A DNA stretch of 58,401 nucleotides, counting the filler, from Squatina squatina (taxonomy: Eukaryota), in the NCBI GenBank assembly GCA_031763465.1. It is 4 parts of 4 records of this genome, joined end to end, with 100 filler letters (N's around TTAATTAATTAA, not from the genome) between each part and the next. Parts side by side here need not be neighbours in the genome. Positions count along the whole stretch, not along the records: positions 1 to 18,936 come from JARFOE010000004.1; positions 19,037 to 32,625 come from JARFOE010000016.1; 2 more parts are not named here. One strand, 5' to 3'. Position 1 is the first letter of the stretch. Every line of letters begins with the position of its first letter. Position numbers and translations under genes: made by a program. Under the pieces are notes generated by a model, which was not told the DNA's origin, did no database searches, and worked only from the letters and a program-made list of their open reading frames with translations. Below, piece by piece: positions 12,111 through 25,735 of this stretch.

Positions 12111-13953
12111 TCCACTCCTCCGATTGCCGTTGCTGCTTCCCTCCCAGTAAATGCTATGTCTGGATCCTATCTCCCCACCCCTCCCCTTCTTCACTTTCCT
12201 GAGGGTGTGGCCCGACCTTCAGACTTGCTTTGCTGAGCTGCCTGATGCTATCCACAGCTCACCAACTTGACGGAAAGGTGGCCCACTATCGCTGCACCTC
12301 ACAGAATGTTCCCGGCATCCAAATTACTAGGCTACTAGTCCACAGGATGAATGATCTAAGGGGAAAAGCCTGCAAAGAAAGTGATTCACAATATTACGAT
12401 TGTTTTCATTTTGTTAATGATTTATTAAGTTGAAGATATATTTATCTTTTTATTTCTACTCTGGCTACAGTTCAGCCTTGTAATATGGAAAATATGATTC
12501 AGTTGGCATTTGAAACAATGTGAAGTGTAATGTCCGTGGAGGTCAGGAATAAGCCTCGGTGCAAAATATAGACTGATGGAAAGTTAATTGAACTGATGAT
12601 TCACTCGCTTCAGTTTTTAGATTTTTTTGTGATTTGTGTCCTCCTTCATCATTGAAGTCATCATGATTGGTTTAATCACTCAATGGTCTGCTGATTCCTG
12701 CTAAACGGAGTTTGTGCAAGCCAAAGGGTCTTTATTTGATTTGGTTGCCCTTTCGGTTAATGATGGTGTATATAAGAAGAAATGTCACTTTGCAATTGAG
12801 AGTGTCTTTCATTAGCTCTTATCCCTTTGATCTTTCATCTTTAAACGGAGCTGTAGCTCAGGCATTGCCAGGAAATTGAATGTAAAATGATATCCACAAT
12901 AATGCTTATGAATAATGGCAACTATTACAGAAATGGTGTACACTTTTTTTTACCATTTGGAGTGGAGAATGTTTAAAATATTTTTACTGACAGCATGGAT
13001 GCTCTGATCCACATCATGAATGCCATCCAATCAATTATGATTAAGCAACGTTGCAAAATATATATTTGAAGATAGTTGTGACATTTTTAGCAACATTGTA
13101 CCCTTTGGCTGCAGTCTCCAAAATCACCTCTGTCCATTTCAAACATCCCTGCCACTGTACTCCAAAATGATCTGTGATGGTGAATTCATCCTCTGAGTAT
13201 CTAAGTCATACCCGCCAGGAAGGAAGATTCCCAGTTCTCCCAGTTCATCCGTCTCCGTCGCATCTGTTCTGNNNNNNNNNNNNNNNNNNNNNNNNNNNNN
13301 NNNNNNNNNNNNNNNNNNNNNNNNNNNNNNNNNNNNNNNNNNNNNNNNNNNNNNNNNNNNNNNNNNNNNNNTATTAAAATATTTAAAAATTGATTAAAAT
13401 AGGTCTCTCACTGAATCTTGTACCTTTGGGCAAGGCTCTGTCCACAGCAGCACCACACCCATACATAATTGGTACATGGGAGTCTGCTCAGGCAGACTCG
13501 TAAAGGCAGTGATTTTGTTTTTCAGACCCAGGAACCCACATGGAATGCAAACTTGGGAACAGTTCTCTGGCAAATTACCCACTCTGTTGTAACCCATAAA
13601 TTGGAGTGTGCAACGTAACAGATGAAAATCGTCACCATTATGTAGTTTTCTTCAACAAGAAAAGGAGATGAAATGGAAATATATGAAGCTGTGCTAAAAA
13701 GAAAGACTTGCATTTATATAGTGCCTTTTATGACCACCGGACGTGTCAAAGAGCTTTNNNNNNNNNNACTTTCTGATGTGTAGTCACTGTTGCGACGTGC
13801 AAAAATTATGGGGTGATGTTCTGTGAAAACGCTGGGAGATAATCATTGAATTACTGGAGGGTGAATAATGGAGGTTCTACTGTACTTGCCTTCTAAAATT
13901 ATTTGCTGAAGAAAAACTGTCCTTAATCTCTTGTTCTGTTTTCTTTTTCATAG

Positions 13954-13968
13954 GACTCTGAACCATAG
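13954..13968 (+). CDS. SH3BGRL2: SH3BGRL2 terminal coding exon (DSEP*)
   Basis: Long polypyrimidine tract and catag acceptor, then GAC TCT GAA CCA TAG. Human protein ends ...AEP*. Followed by UTR-like sequence with AATAAA at 14622-14627. The middle exons are not visible and are presumably in gaps. Confidence 0.65.
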   Translation, partial: DSEP

Positions 13969-16900
13969 TTCCTTGAAGGCCCATCTGTAACCAAAATCAT
14001 TTGCCTCGTGCGGAGCTGGCTCTAAGCTTGGCTGTTCATTATCAGAATACTTCACAGATTCAGCACAAGCCTCTTGTTATGTCGCCAAACATTGCTTTAT
14101 ATCCTGGTTTGCCACAATAGATCTTTTTTGCTTTGATTGTGTTAAAAGGAAATTATAATTGGTCACAGGAGCTAGACTTGGAACAGTCAAGTTCTCTGAT
14201 AACTGGGGTGGATTTTGTTTGCTGCTTGCCACCTTGCCTTATTAAATCTTAATTCACTTCCGCAGTGTTTTGCCTGTGTGCTGCCTTCGCCGATATTGGA
14301 AGTGCTACGCTAATCATTAAAGAGACATTCCCCAGGTTAACGTCAGTAGTGCAATGCTGTGATTCCAGGAAGCTCTCCTAAGTATGCCATTTATATACTG
14401 TGGGCGGGATGTAACAGATAGATAGCAAAGAGTTGCACGGACGTAACTCGATTGAAAGGGTGTGAGGATATTAAAAATCACAAGCACGCCACTCCTTTCT
14501 ACCTGTCTTCTTTTTCGAAAAGAAATTATATTTGTAGGCTAAATAGTGTCGAGAATTTGCCTGTATTATTTTCATCTTTAAATTGTAGAAAACATGCTGA
14601 GATCATCGCTGGAGTGATGCCAATAAATGTCTGCTGCAGTATTGTAACATAAGCAAAGGCGTGATACTAAATCACATGCCTGGGTAATACAAGACTTATT
14701 TTGATTTTTTTTTTACTATTGATTTGCCAACCATTTTCTTCTATTCTTTTACTTATTGTATTTCACAGCTCCGTCCCATTTATTATTAATTACGCTGGCC
14801 AGAATTTTGTTGATGGCAGTTCATAGATGTTTACTGCGGACAGGAAGTGTGGTACAGCTAGAGATGCAGTTATTTTTCATGAGAACATAAGCTTAATAGT
14901 TGCAGTTTTTTGCTGGTGGTATTCATGCACGTTAAAACCAAAAATCACAATTACATGGACGTAAAGGGGAGGTGACAAAGTGTGGAACAGATTTTTTTAA
15001 ATTTAACCTCATTGCTAATCTCTGAGAAACATTTTTGCAAAAGTATATGGCTGCAGTTCTAGACTATTCAGAACAACTTCAGTCATGTGTTGAGGGAGAA
15101 ATAAGTTGGAAAAACAGCACAATGATCATGTTTACAATGAGCAAACTCAAGAGTGGGCTGTAATTACTNNNNNNNNNNNNNNNNNNNNNNNNNNNNNNNN
15201 NNNNNNNNNNNNNNNNNNNNNNNNNNNNNNNNNNNNNNNNNNNNNNNNNNNNNNNNNNNNNNNNNNNNGCCAGAGTGCCACTTTGTACCCCTGCAACTGC
15301 CGGTCATCAGCGCTGGCCCCCTCGCAGGTCCGCCTCAGTCGTGCTGTTTCCCAGGCCTCTCGCATCCTCTTTTAAGCCCCTGCAGCTCCCGGTTGCGCTG
15401 TTGGTATAGCAGCAGTAGGGCGAGTGCAAAACATGGCAGTGCTGGGAAGCTGAATTTGGGGTGTGGTAACATGGAGATAATGGCGAGGTGAGAGAGTACT
15501 TTCAGAAGGGGCGAGTTACTGTTTGTGAAAGTACCAGGAAGGAGGTCCCGGTTGGCGTGAGAGTTGCAGGGTGCTGCTGATTCGGTAGCAGTGAAATCAA
15601 AAGCAGTGAGAAGTAGCAAGAATTGGGAATGGCAAGCAGCTGTTTTGAGTGGCAAGCAGGAACAAGGTGCTTGGGACAGGAGTGGGGGTGAAGGACAAAA
15701 AGGATTTCTCCAGCATTGAACTGAGGAATTATATATTAAAATACACACTCAGCAGTACCTATTCTAAATACAGGCTGCCCAGGTATCCTTTAAGAATCCT
15801 ACATTGCCAGTCATTACGTTGAATTGGTTTTTACATGCAGAGCAAGATTTAAAAATTGATCACTTTTTTTTTTTAAACTGAAAACTTCAAACTGGTCCGT
15901 GGGAACGGCATTTGTGGGGTTAGGTCCTAGTATCTCAAAGTTGGAAGATGCAGCAGATAATTTTAGGCAACAATACAACCTACTGTGGAAATGCAAATCA
16001 GAGGTAAATAAAATTAACAGATTAGTTTAAATAGGTGCGACAGAATTTGCTAAAAGAAGTAAATGCAACACTTGGAGGGTGTATATGCCACACACAAAAA
16101 GATATACATCTTAATTGAAAATATCCAGTTTAGATGGACTGATCATTTTCAAACATGATATCATGGAGGTACCATAAACCAAAATTCCCCTAATTTAAGG
16201 TTTCAAATGGATAATTGAGATTTATTTTCACACAATTAAAAAAAAACAGTTTGTGTAAAATATCTAATTATATTGCATTTCCTATTAATGTTAATATTTT
16301 TTTGAAATTATTTTCATTTCCAAATTTCCGTAATTGTGTATTTCACAAGGCATATTCTTCCGTTTTCATTTCACAAACCTGTTCTCCCTTGTTAAATATT
16401 TTTGTTTCACTATGAAGGGGAATGTTTCAGACAAGCACGGATACATTTTCAAAGCGAGCGATACCACACAATATGCAGCCCAAGTTTACAACTGTTAAGT
16501 GGTTAACCAACTGCAAGGCTTAAATCCCAGCAAAGGGCAAATCGGCCCGGGGGTTGGGGGATGAAGCCAAGTAAGTGGGCAGATAATTCAGTAAATACCT
16601 GAGACGTCGCAGTGATGGAAGTGTAGTAAACCGTAACGACCATGGTCAAGGATGAAGGGTTCAATTTAACCGGACCCAAGCGAGTTCCAGAGAGCTTGCT
16701 GCACAGTTTGACGCCTCGTCACTTTCACACACACACACAGGCTCGCCCTTCCTGCTCCCAAACAGTGAAGTACAACGTAAGCAAGTCATTTGCATTGTTG
16801 AAAATGGAGGGAGGTGATTGGGGGTGACTAATGCACCTCAAAGTTTACTTCAGTATTAAATACATTTTACTTCAGAAAATCCTTGCGGAACAGTTCAGTA

Positions 16901-18789
16901 ACTTAGATTTTGATTTTTTTAAAAGTCTCAGTCAGATTTTCCTTTAAGAACAGCAGGCTGCAAATATTTGGGGCCAATGCATTTATAGCTTTCGTAGCTT
17001 AATTAATCTATTGCTATTTGTTGCCGACCCTCTATTGTGCGATCTACAGGGTCTTGCGAAAATATGTTTTTTTTTAAATCACTGTCTAGCATTTAAACAT
17101 AAAACAGCCCTGCTTTATTTAGAAACTCTTGCAATTCTATATCGCCTTTTACGACCACCGGACGTCCCAAAGCGCTTTACAGCCAATGAAGTAGTTTTTT
17201 TGAAGNNNNNNNNNNNNNNNNNNNNNNNNNNNNNNNNNNNNNNNNNNNNNNNNNNNNNNNNNNNNNNNNNNNNNNNNNNNNNNNNNNNNNNNNNNNNNNN
17301 NNNNNCCACATTTGGCAGCAGTTATTCTGACATCTCAAATAACAAGTGGTTGTATTGCACCATGAATTAATTATGTGGAAGCCAAACAAGTAGCAGTATT
17401 CTATTTTATTTCCACGGCAATTGCAGCAAAGTGTTTACATACAGAATGATAATGTACAATATTACATAAACTTTCCAGTTCTTGGCCTTAATCTTTATAA
17501 TACTGCACACTTTCAAGTTTACACATTTGTGAACTTATTAACTTTTAACAGTGAAATTTCTCAACTGATGCACATTGGACAGTACAACACAACAGAACCA
17601 AGTCAATACACACTAAGTCAATCTTAGCTCTTCATGAAACTCCATACAGCATCTCAGGGTTCTCCACCAAATTCTTTACTTAAAGTCCATGTTGCCAAAG
17701 AGTGTTGTCTACATCCATTATTATAAATTTTCATTCAAAATGGAGAAAGAAATTTGAAGTGGTGGAGCACCCACTTTTGGTAGATGAGAAAACACTGCAT
17801 CTCATCTATGTATATGTAGGTCAGCGCAAGTTGAGCCATATTTGACCCTTGGGTAACCAGCAGCAAAGTTGCAGGCAAGTCCATGCATCAATTGCGACAC
17901 ATTAACAGCTTACTTATACTGACAACACTTAATCAATTGCATGCGTAATATATTGAAACATGTTCTATGAAGTAATAATACCCCATGAAGTAACAATATT
18001 TCCCAAGTTGCAAATTTAATTTAAAACCGTACCATAAAGTGTAAACTAGAAACACACAAATACAGTGTAAACTAAAAACAAACACAAATAAATAGTGTAA
18101 ACTAAAATAAACACAAAACTGCCAGCAAATTCACTTTTGTTATTAAAAACGACCATCATGCAATTAATATTTACCTAAATGTATCTGCTCTTAGATTTTG
18201 TTTCAGCTTAATTCAGATTTCTTTGTTAAATTTATCCAGAAACTATTCGAAACAGTCCAGTCGTGACCTTCAATTCATTTTTTGCACATTAGCTTATGCA
18301 AACTTGTTAGTGGAAAATAGGTTAAATATTTGTGTAATAAATAATCAGAAAACGCACTTGGCCATTTGTTTTATGCAACGAGTATAAAATTTAAAGGTGC
18401 TGTTATACTGTCAGATTTGTACTGTTAGAGATTTCCACTTCATAACAATGCAAAAAAGTGACAGTATAACTCGAGTCTGGTTCTGATCAACCTCTGGAGC
18501 TAAGTGGTACGAAACCCCTTGGGAAACTCATCTCACACTGCTTAGGCTTGACAACACAAGGGGCATAACTACAATGGAGTGTCACGTTGTTTTATACTCA
18601 GGGGTCCATGGGAACTCCTGGGGGCACATTTAAGCAAAGTTTTTAAAAATATATTTCCACTGCTCTCAAAAACATTCAAAATTTACTGCAGGAACGCCAT
18701 TATAGATATAACAAGATTATGATTAAAAACAGCAAGTGATACAACACTGACCAAGTTGATCTTATGAATTGATATAATTTCCCTGAATA

Positions 18790-18936
18790 GAATCATAGAA
18801 ATCTACAGCACTGAAGGAGGCCATTTGGCCCATTGTGTCCGTGCTGGTCGACAAAGAACTATCCAGCCTAATCCCATTTTCCAGTACTAGGTCCATAGTC
18901 TTGTAAATTACGGCACTTCATGTGCATATCCCAGTA
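18790..18936 (-). mobile_element. CR1 LINE 3' end
   Basis: atagaatcatagaaatctacagcactgaaggaggccatttggccc is the reverse complement of the CR1 3' hairpin and (ttctatga)n tail. Confidence 0.75.
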
Positions 18937-18980
18937 NNNNNNNNNNNNNNNNNNNNNNNNNNNNNNNNNNNNNNNNNNNN

Positions 18981-18992
18981 TTAATTAATTAA
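18981..18992. other. Artificial scaffold linker TTAATTAATTAA (44 N on each side)
   Basis: Self-complementary 12-mer with stops in all six frames, centred in a 100-nt spacer. Confidence 0.95.
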
Positions 18993-19681
18993 NNNNNNNN
19001 NNNNNNNNNNNNNNNNNNNNNNNNNNNNNNNNNNNNCTGCTCTCTGATTATTTAGTAAAACCATTTACAATCTAATTGCAAAATTAAAATTTTGAAGCAA
19101 ATAAAATGTAGATGCTGAGTACTTGCTTCGTGGGATGCAATGACCATTGCAATTAAGCAATCATATTTAGGAATCCTACAGTTTGAATGCTATTAAGCAG
19201 CTCCAGCATGCTGAGTAAATGCCTAGGTCAAGATGTTTGTATACTTGAGGATTCCCAAGTTTATTGCTCTTATGTCAGGTGGGTAGAGATTTTTAATTAG
19301 CAAGATTGCTTAACAAAATGTCTGTTAGGTGAGAGAATCTGGTGGGCTACAGCACTTTTTTGAATTGATAAGGTTGTGCAATTAAATTATGTGTGAGATG
19401 TAGTACCATGTGCATTTCTATATTATAACAGTGACTACACTTCAAAAGTACTGCGTGGCTATAAAGTGCTTTGGGACATTCTGAGGTTGTGAAAGGTGTT
19501 ATATAAATGCGAGTCTTTCTTTTATATGATTGCATCTGTCCAAATTTAAATGACTCTTTGTAAAGCCAAAATTTGCTAGGANNNNNNNNNNNNNNNNNNN
19601 NNNNNNNNNNNNNNNNNNNNNNNNNNNNNNNNNNNNNNNNNNNNNNNNNNNNNNNNNNNNNNNNNNNNNNNNNNNNNNNNN

Positions 19682-21987
19682 ACTGTACCCCAGCAAGGTG
19701 TCAACGTTGAACTGTACCCCAGCAAGCACTCAATGTGGAACTGTACCCCAGCAAGGAGATAATGTGGAACTGTATGCCAGCAAGGACTCAATGTCGAACT
19801 GTATACCAGCAAGGAGTTAATGTGGAACTGTATCCCAGCAAGGTGTCAATATGTAACTGTACCCCAGCAAGGTATCAATGTGGAACAGGACCACAGCAAG
19901 CATTTAATGGGGAACTGGCCCCCAGCAAGGAGTCAATGTTGAATTGTACCTCAGCAAGCACTCAATGTGGAACTATATACCAGCCATGAGTCAGTGTGGA
20001 ATGGTTCCCCACCAAGGACTCAATGTGGACCTGTACCCAAGCAAGGATTCAATGTGAAGTGTACCCCAGCAAAGACTCAATATAGAACTGTATCCCAGCA
20101 AGAACTCAATGTCGAACTGTGACCCTGCAGGGACTCAACGTGGAACTGTAACCTAGCCGTGAGTCAATGTGGAACCTAATCCTAGCAAGGAGTCAATGTG
20201 AAGTGTACCCCAGCAAAGAATCAATGCGGAACTGTAGCCCAGCAAGGATCAATGTAGAAATGTAACCCAAGAATGACTCAATGTAGAACTGTGACACAGC
20301 AGAGACTCAATGTGGAACTGTACCCTAGCAAGGACTCAATTTGTAACTATACCCCAGCAAGCACTGAATGTGGAACAGTACCCCAGCAAGGATTAAATGT
20401 GGAACTATATGCAAGCAAGGACTTAATGTGGAACTGTATCCCAGCAAGGAGTTAATGTGGAACACTACCCCAGAAAGGATTCAATTTTGAAGAGTACCCA
20501 ACTGAGGATTCAGTATGGAACTGTACCCCAGCAAGGACTCAGTGAGGAATTGTTCCCCAGCACGGAGTCAATGTGGAACTGGAGCCCTGCAAGGACTCAA
20601 CGTGGAACTGTATCCCAGCAAGGAAATAATGTGGAACTGTATCCCAGCACAGAGTCAATATGGAACTGCACCTAACAAGTATTCAAAGTGGAACTCTATC
20701 ACAGCAAGGAGTTAAAGTGGAATTGAACACCAGCAAGGATCTATTGTGGAAGTGTACCCCAGCAAGGAGTCAATGTGGAAATGTACCACAGCACCGAGTC
20801 AACATGGAACTGCCCTCCATCAAGTATTCAATGTGGAACTGTATCCAGCAAGGAGTCGATGTTGAACTGTACCCCAGCAAGGAGTCAGTTTGGACCTGTA
20901 CCCAAGCAAACACTCAATGTAGAACTGTAACCCAGCAAGGATTCAATGTAGAATTGTAACCCAGCAGGGACTCAATGTGGAACTGTACCCTAGCAAGGAG
21001 TCAATTTGGAACTGTACCCCAGCAATTACTCAATGTGGAATTGTAGCCCAGCAAGCACTCAATGTTTAAGTGTATACCAGCAAGGATTTAATGTGGCACT
21101 GTATACCAACAAGGACTCGATGTGGAACCGTATACCAGCCAGGATTTAATGTGGAACTGTATTCCAGCAAGGTGTCAATGTGGACCTGTACCGCAGCAAT
21201 GAATCAGTGCGGAATGGTACCCCAGCAAGGAGTCAATGTGGAATTGTACCACAGCAAGGAGTCAATGTGGAACAGCACCCCAGCAAGGACTCAATTGTGG
21301 AACTGTATCCCAGCAAGGAGTCAATGTGGAACTCTACCCCAGCAAGGAGTCAAATTGGAACTGTATCCCAGCAAGGAATCAATGTGGAACTGTATCCCAG
21401 CAAGACTCAATGTGGAACTATACCCCAGCAAGAAGCCAATGTAGAACAGTACCCCAACAAGAAGTTAATTTGGAACTGATGCAAGCAAGGACTCAATGTG
21501 GAACTGTACCCCTGCAAGGTATCAATGTGGAACTGTACCCCAGCATGGAGTTAATGTGCAACTGTACCCCAGCAAGACTCAATATGGAACTACACCCCAG
21601 CAAGTAGCCAATGTGGAACTGTATGCCAGCAAGGAATCAATGTGGAACTGCACACCAGCAAGGAGTTAATGTGGAACTGTACGCCAGCAGAGAGTCAAAT
21701 TGGAACTGTACCCCGGCAAGGACGCAGTGTTGAACTGTACTCCAGCAAGGAGTAATGTGGAATTGTACCCCAGCAAGAATTCAACCTGATATTGTATCCC
21801 AGCAAGGAGTCACTGTGGACCTGTAACCCAGCAAGTACTAAATCTGGAACTGTAACGCAGCAAGGACTCAATGTGGAATTCTATGCCAGAAAGAACTCAA
21901 TGTGCAACTGTATTCCAGCAAGGAATCAATGTGGAGCTGTATCCCAGCAAGAACACAGTGCGGAACAGTACCACAGCAAGGAGTTAA
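19682..21987 (+). repeat. 29-bp tandem satellite, about 79 diverged copies
   Basis: Consensus (g/c)tcaatgtggaactgtaccccagcaagga. Period 29, e.g. aact at 21301 and 21330. Left end is truncated by a gap. Confidence 0.95.
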
Positions 21988-24900
21988 TCCCTTCGGCCCA
22001 GGAGGGCAGAGAATTAGAGAGGGGTTAAAAGAAAAGAACCATTGAAAATAAACAAAAAAATCACAGTGAGCAATCTCCAGAGAATTAGAAAGATAAATCT
22101 AAAAGAGAAAGCCATGATGCACACTCTCTTTCCCATTCATTAATGCCTAATGAATTGACTGACCTATTGATTAACCAGCTATAAATTGTCTGGTCCTCAC
22201 ACTCTCACCAGTTAGTGTGAGACCTACTCTCAGACAAATCAAGCCACTTGTCTTTTACAATCCTTCCTCAGTGAGATAAGCGAAGCGCTTCCCTAGATAT
22301 TTCATTACACAGTTGATGGACTCCTTTAAGCCTTCACTTCATCATTCATCAGATGCTTAGATGTCAAATTGCAACGGAGCCACTTCCCTTGGGATTGCTG
22401 TGCGATGTTTGTGTTTCCACACACGCTCCCAGTGCTAATAGTGTTGTGATTCTTCACCCTCTTATCCAGTGCATCTTGAGCTTGTTCTTGACTCTAAATT
22501 GCACTTTTATGCACATTTAATTTATTTTAGTGGCTGCCCCATGGGAGCTAAACACCAATTTGCTAGTACAGCACGAGCTTCCTTTGGTAACCTTACAATA
22601 TACCAGTTCTTTCTCCAACTCTGACGTATCTGTAGCCTGATTACTTTCCAGCCATCTCCACACAGAATAATCTTTCTAATCTATCCCTCTCTCCCTCAAT
22701 CTCATGCCAATGTATCTCTCTCTCTCTTTCTCTTTATCTCTGTNNNNNNNNNNNNNNNNNNNNNNNNNNNNNNNNNNNNNNNNNNNNNNNNNNNNNNNNN
22801 NNNNNNNNNNNNNNNNNNNNNNNNNNNNNNNNNNNNNNNNNNNCCGAACAAATATTTGAGCCTAGATGCCTTTTGGTTGCCCTTGTTCAGCAGTATCCAG
22901 AAGACAATGAGGCCTGTAGCTGCGCTGCCATTCCATCCCCACTTTTCCTGGCACAAGGGCCTGCCAAGAGGTGGCCTGTGATGGGAGTGTGTCCAGGCCA
23001 TGCTAATGACCTGGCCTAACATTTCATATGGGTCCAGTGCAAAGACAAGGGATAGGATGCGAGGGAAGAATATTGCGGCCTTAATATTTACTATACCTCA
23101 ATGAGTCACTATAAGGAACGAGATCGATTGTGAAAAGCTTAATGGAGCAATTATCAAGTGCCTCACTGCAAACATTTAGGAAAAAGTGTGTGTGTATGTC
23201 TCCTAATTATTACATGGCGATAAATAAAAAAATGAGTAATAAGTTAATTACAATGAAGTTGGGTGGGATTATACATTAGGTAGCGCTTGGTCAGAGAGAA
23301 ACCTTGCCATGACTCCACAGAGATTACATACCCCAAAGATCCTGGATGCGTAGTGTAGTACAATGGCTGGTTTTGTACAGAGACTATCAGACAGCCCCAG
23401 TACAATGGAGGTGTCCATTTTGGCAAAAATTAGTATTTGGTGGGAATATGCAGAGCCTTATCCAACAAGGTTCAATCAACAAGCACCTCCCTTATAAGGA
23501 GAGGTATCTATTTTGGTGAATGTCAATCCCACTCAAATGACAAGGTACAATGTTGGTCAATGAATGTCACCAGCATTTCTTAATGATAAACTTCTATCTT
23601 TACTTTGTGATATGAATAGAATTGATGACCTGCCATTGTAATTCTGTGAAACCATTTGGCCTATGGGCCAACATCACGAGTTGAATTATTTTCTGTCAGG
23701 ATTCCACTGCTTCCTCTTGGTGCTCTCTCAATGACAAATGACTATAACATTGTATCTTTTATGATTGTTTTATAATGACACGAGATTTTAAAAAATCTGA
23801 AGCTCATTATTGACATCTCCAAATGTTGCCGAGGGGCTGACAAGGGAAGGTTACTTTTCTCTTCAAGCTTTGCCAGAGAGAAAATGGAATTCAGGTGATG
23901 TATCTCCATCTTGCTGTATGTGTTCCTCATGTTTGGCAAGCACATGTGTCATTTCCTCCTTTACCACCATCTGTTCAAGAAAGTTTCATGTGTTTTTTTC
24001 TCTTCTGCAAATAATATGTCTTTCAGATAAGATCAGGGGCTTCNNNNNNNNNNNNNNNNNNNNNNNNNNNNNNNNNNNNNNNNNNNNNNNNNNNNNNNNN
24101 NNNNNNNNNNNNNNNNNNNNNNNNNNNNNNNNNNNNNNNNNNNCAACCTATGCGTCCTTGAGCAGTTTGTGCCCAGACCCAGTCATAAAAAAACCTTCAA
24201 ATGAAGTCAAGTCACAGCTGATTTGAAGCAATTACAGATAGCTGCTGGCGATGCCTGCTCCTCTCTGTATTCTGTAGGCTGTTTTCCCCCAGCCGTTAAT
24301 GAGATCTGTCCCACCCCATCAATTCTCGCTGCTGGGCATGTTCAGGATTTAGCTATTCGGGCGTGAATGACTGTGTTCATTAAACTGGGATGACAGTGTG
24401 CTCTTCCCTCTCTCCCTTGTTGCAGAACACTTCACTGACAGCAGTCTGCCAGAGTGTGAATTGCATTCAAAGTAAGCTGCCAATGTCCCAAAGTATTTCT
24501 GTCACTACGCAGGCAGCAGTGGAAGAGAGCTGCCACTTTTCACTGCAGAATTAGGGAATGATCATTAAGTAACAGCAGACGACAGCCTGCACTGTACTGG
24601 GGCACTGAGGATCGATGGGCAGAATTGGCAGAAGGAGAAGGCTAGAGGTTGTGTCCTCCAATTGGACCACTCTACTCCATTCCCCAGTCCAGTGCAGACT
24701 GATCATATTTTTCAATGTATTTATTCAGAAAACATATTTCCAAAATGTTTTTAATAAATTCAAAAGATTGTTCTTTTTTATCCTTATTATGAAGCTGGGC
24801 TAGCGCAGAACTCTCTATTCCATTAACTTTGTCACATATTAAAGCACCTCGCAAGGGTATTTTCAATCATGTTCTCAATCATGTTTCTGCACTTCACGGG

Positions 24901-25375
24901 TCATTGGGCATGATGTGATTGGGAGGATTGTAGCATTTTATGGTGAGTTGTGCTATTCGTCATGCTATTCTTAAGGAGTTCCTGGCATCTGCAGTCTCTC
25001 TACTAATGGCTCAAACCCGCTATTGTCAGTTATCTAATGACCATCTTGTGACAATCTTCTGCGGCAACTTTGGTAACCCAATAACTCAGCTCGACAGCTC
25101 CACAGTACTCCTCCAGGGCACAGTTAATGATTGACCAGTCAATCTGGTTCATGGCTGGGACCTACAGGAGTAAACCAGTCACTGGAAGCGAGGATTCTTT
25201 GCCTTGTGCTCCAGGTAACCCTGTGACCTAGTGCCTTAACAGGAAGGGTGATCCAGCTAAGCAAGCAGAAGGAAACCTACCAGTGCTTTATGCTGGTAAG
25301 CAGCCTAGTTTTAGCTGGTTAAACCCCAGGAGTTCCTGTACACTTGGGAGTTCTCAATCCTTGGCTGTTGCCAAG

Positions 25376-25735
25376 GGTGTCAGCTGTGGCTCAGTGGGTA
25401 GCACTCTCCCTTCTGAGGCAGAAGGTTGTGGGTTCAAGTCCCACTCCAGTAGACCTGAGCACAAAATCTAGGCTGATGTTCAAATGCAGTGCTGAGGGAG
25501 TGCTGCACTGTTGGAGGTGTTGTCTTTTGGATGAGACCTTAAACCGAGGCCCCGTTTGCTCCCTCAGGTGGATGTAAAAGATCCCATAGCACTATTTTGA
25601 AGAAGAGCAGGGGAGTTCTCCCTGGTGTCTTGCCCAACATTTATTCCTGGACCAACATCACTAGTTATCTAGCCATTTATCTCATTGCTGTTGTGGGAGC
25701 TTGCTGTGTGCAAATTGGCAGCTATGTTTAATACA
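25376..25735 (+). mobile_element. SacSINE1/DeuSINE-like tRNA-derived SINE
   Basis: Pol III A-box tggctcagtggg (25387) and B-box ggttcaagtcc (25431), followed by a Deu-domain-like core (gatgagaccttaaaccgaggcccc...ggatgtaaaagatccca). Confidence 0.85.

Noticed and set aside
13394-13597. FLGLK motif as SH3BGRL2 exon 3
   Set aside because: Wrong strand, and the flanking residues do not match DYDSFFESKE.
19682-21987. CRISPR array or repeat-protein gene
   Set aside because: Units are head-to-tail with no unique spacers, there are no cas genes and the context is vertebrate. The ORFs arise from a stop-free consensus and are broken by stops and indels.
25376-25450. tRNA gene
   Set aside because: The A and B boxes run directly into a SINE body repeated elsewhere in the window.
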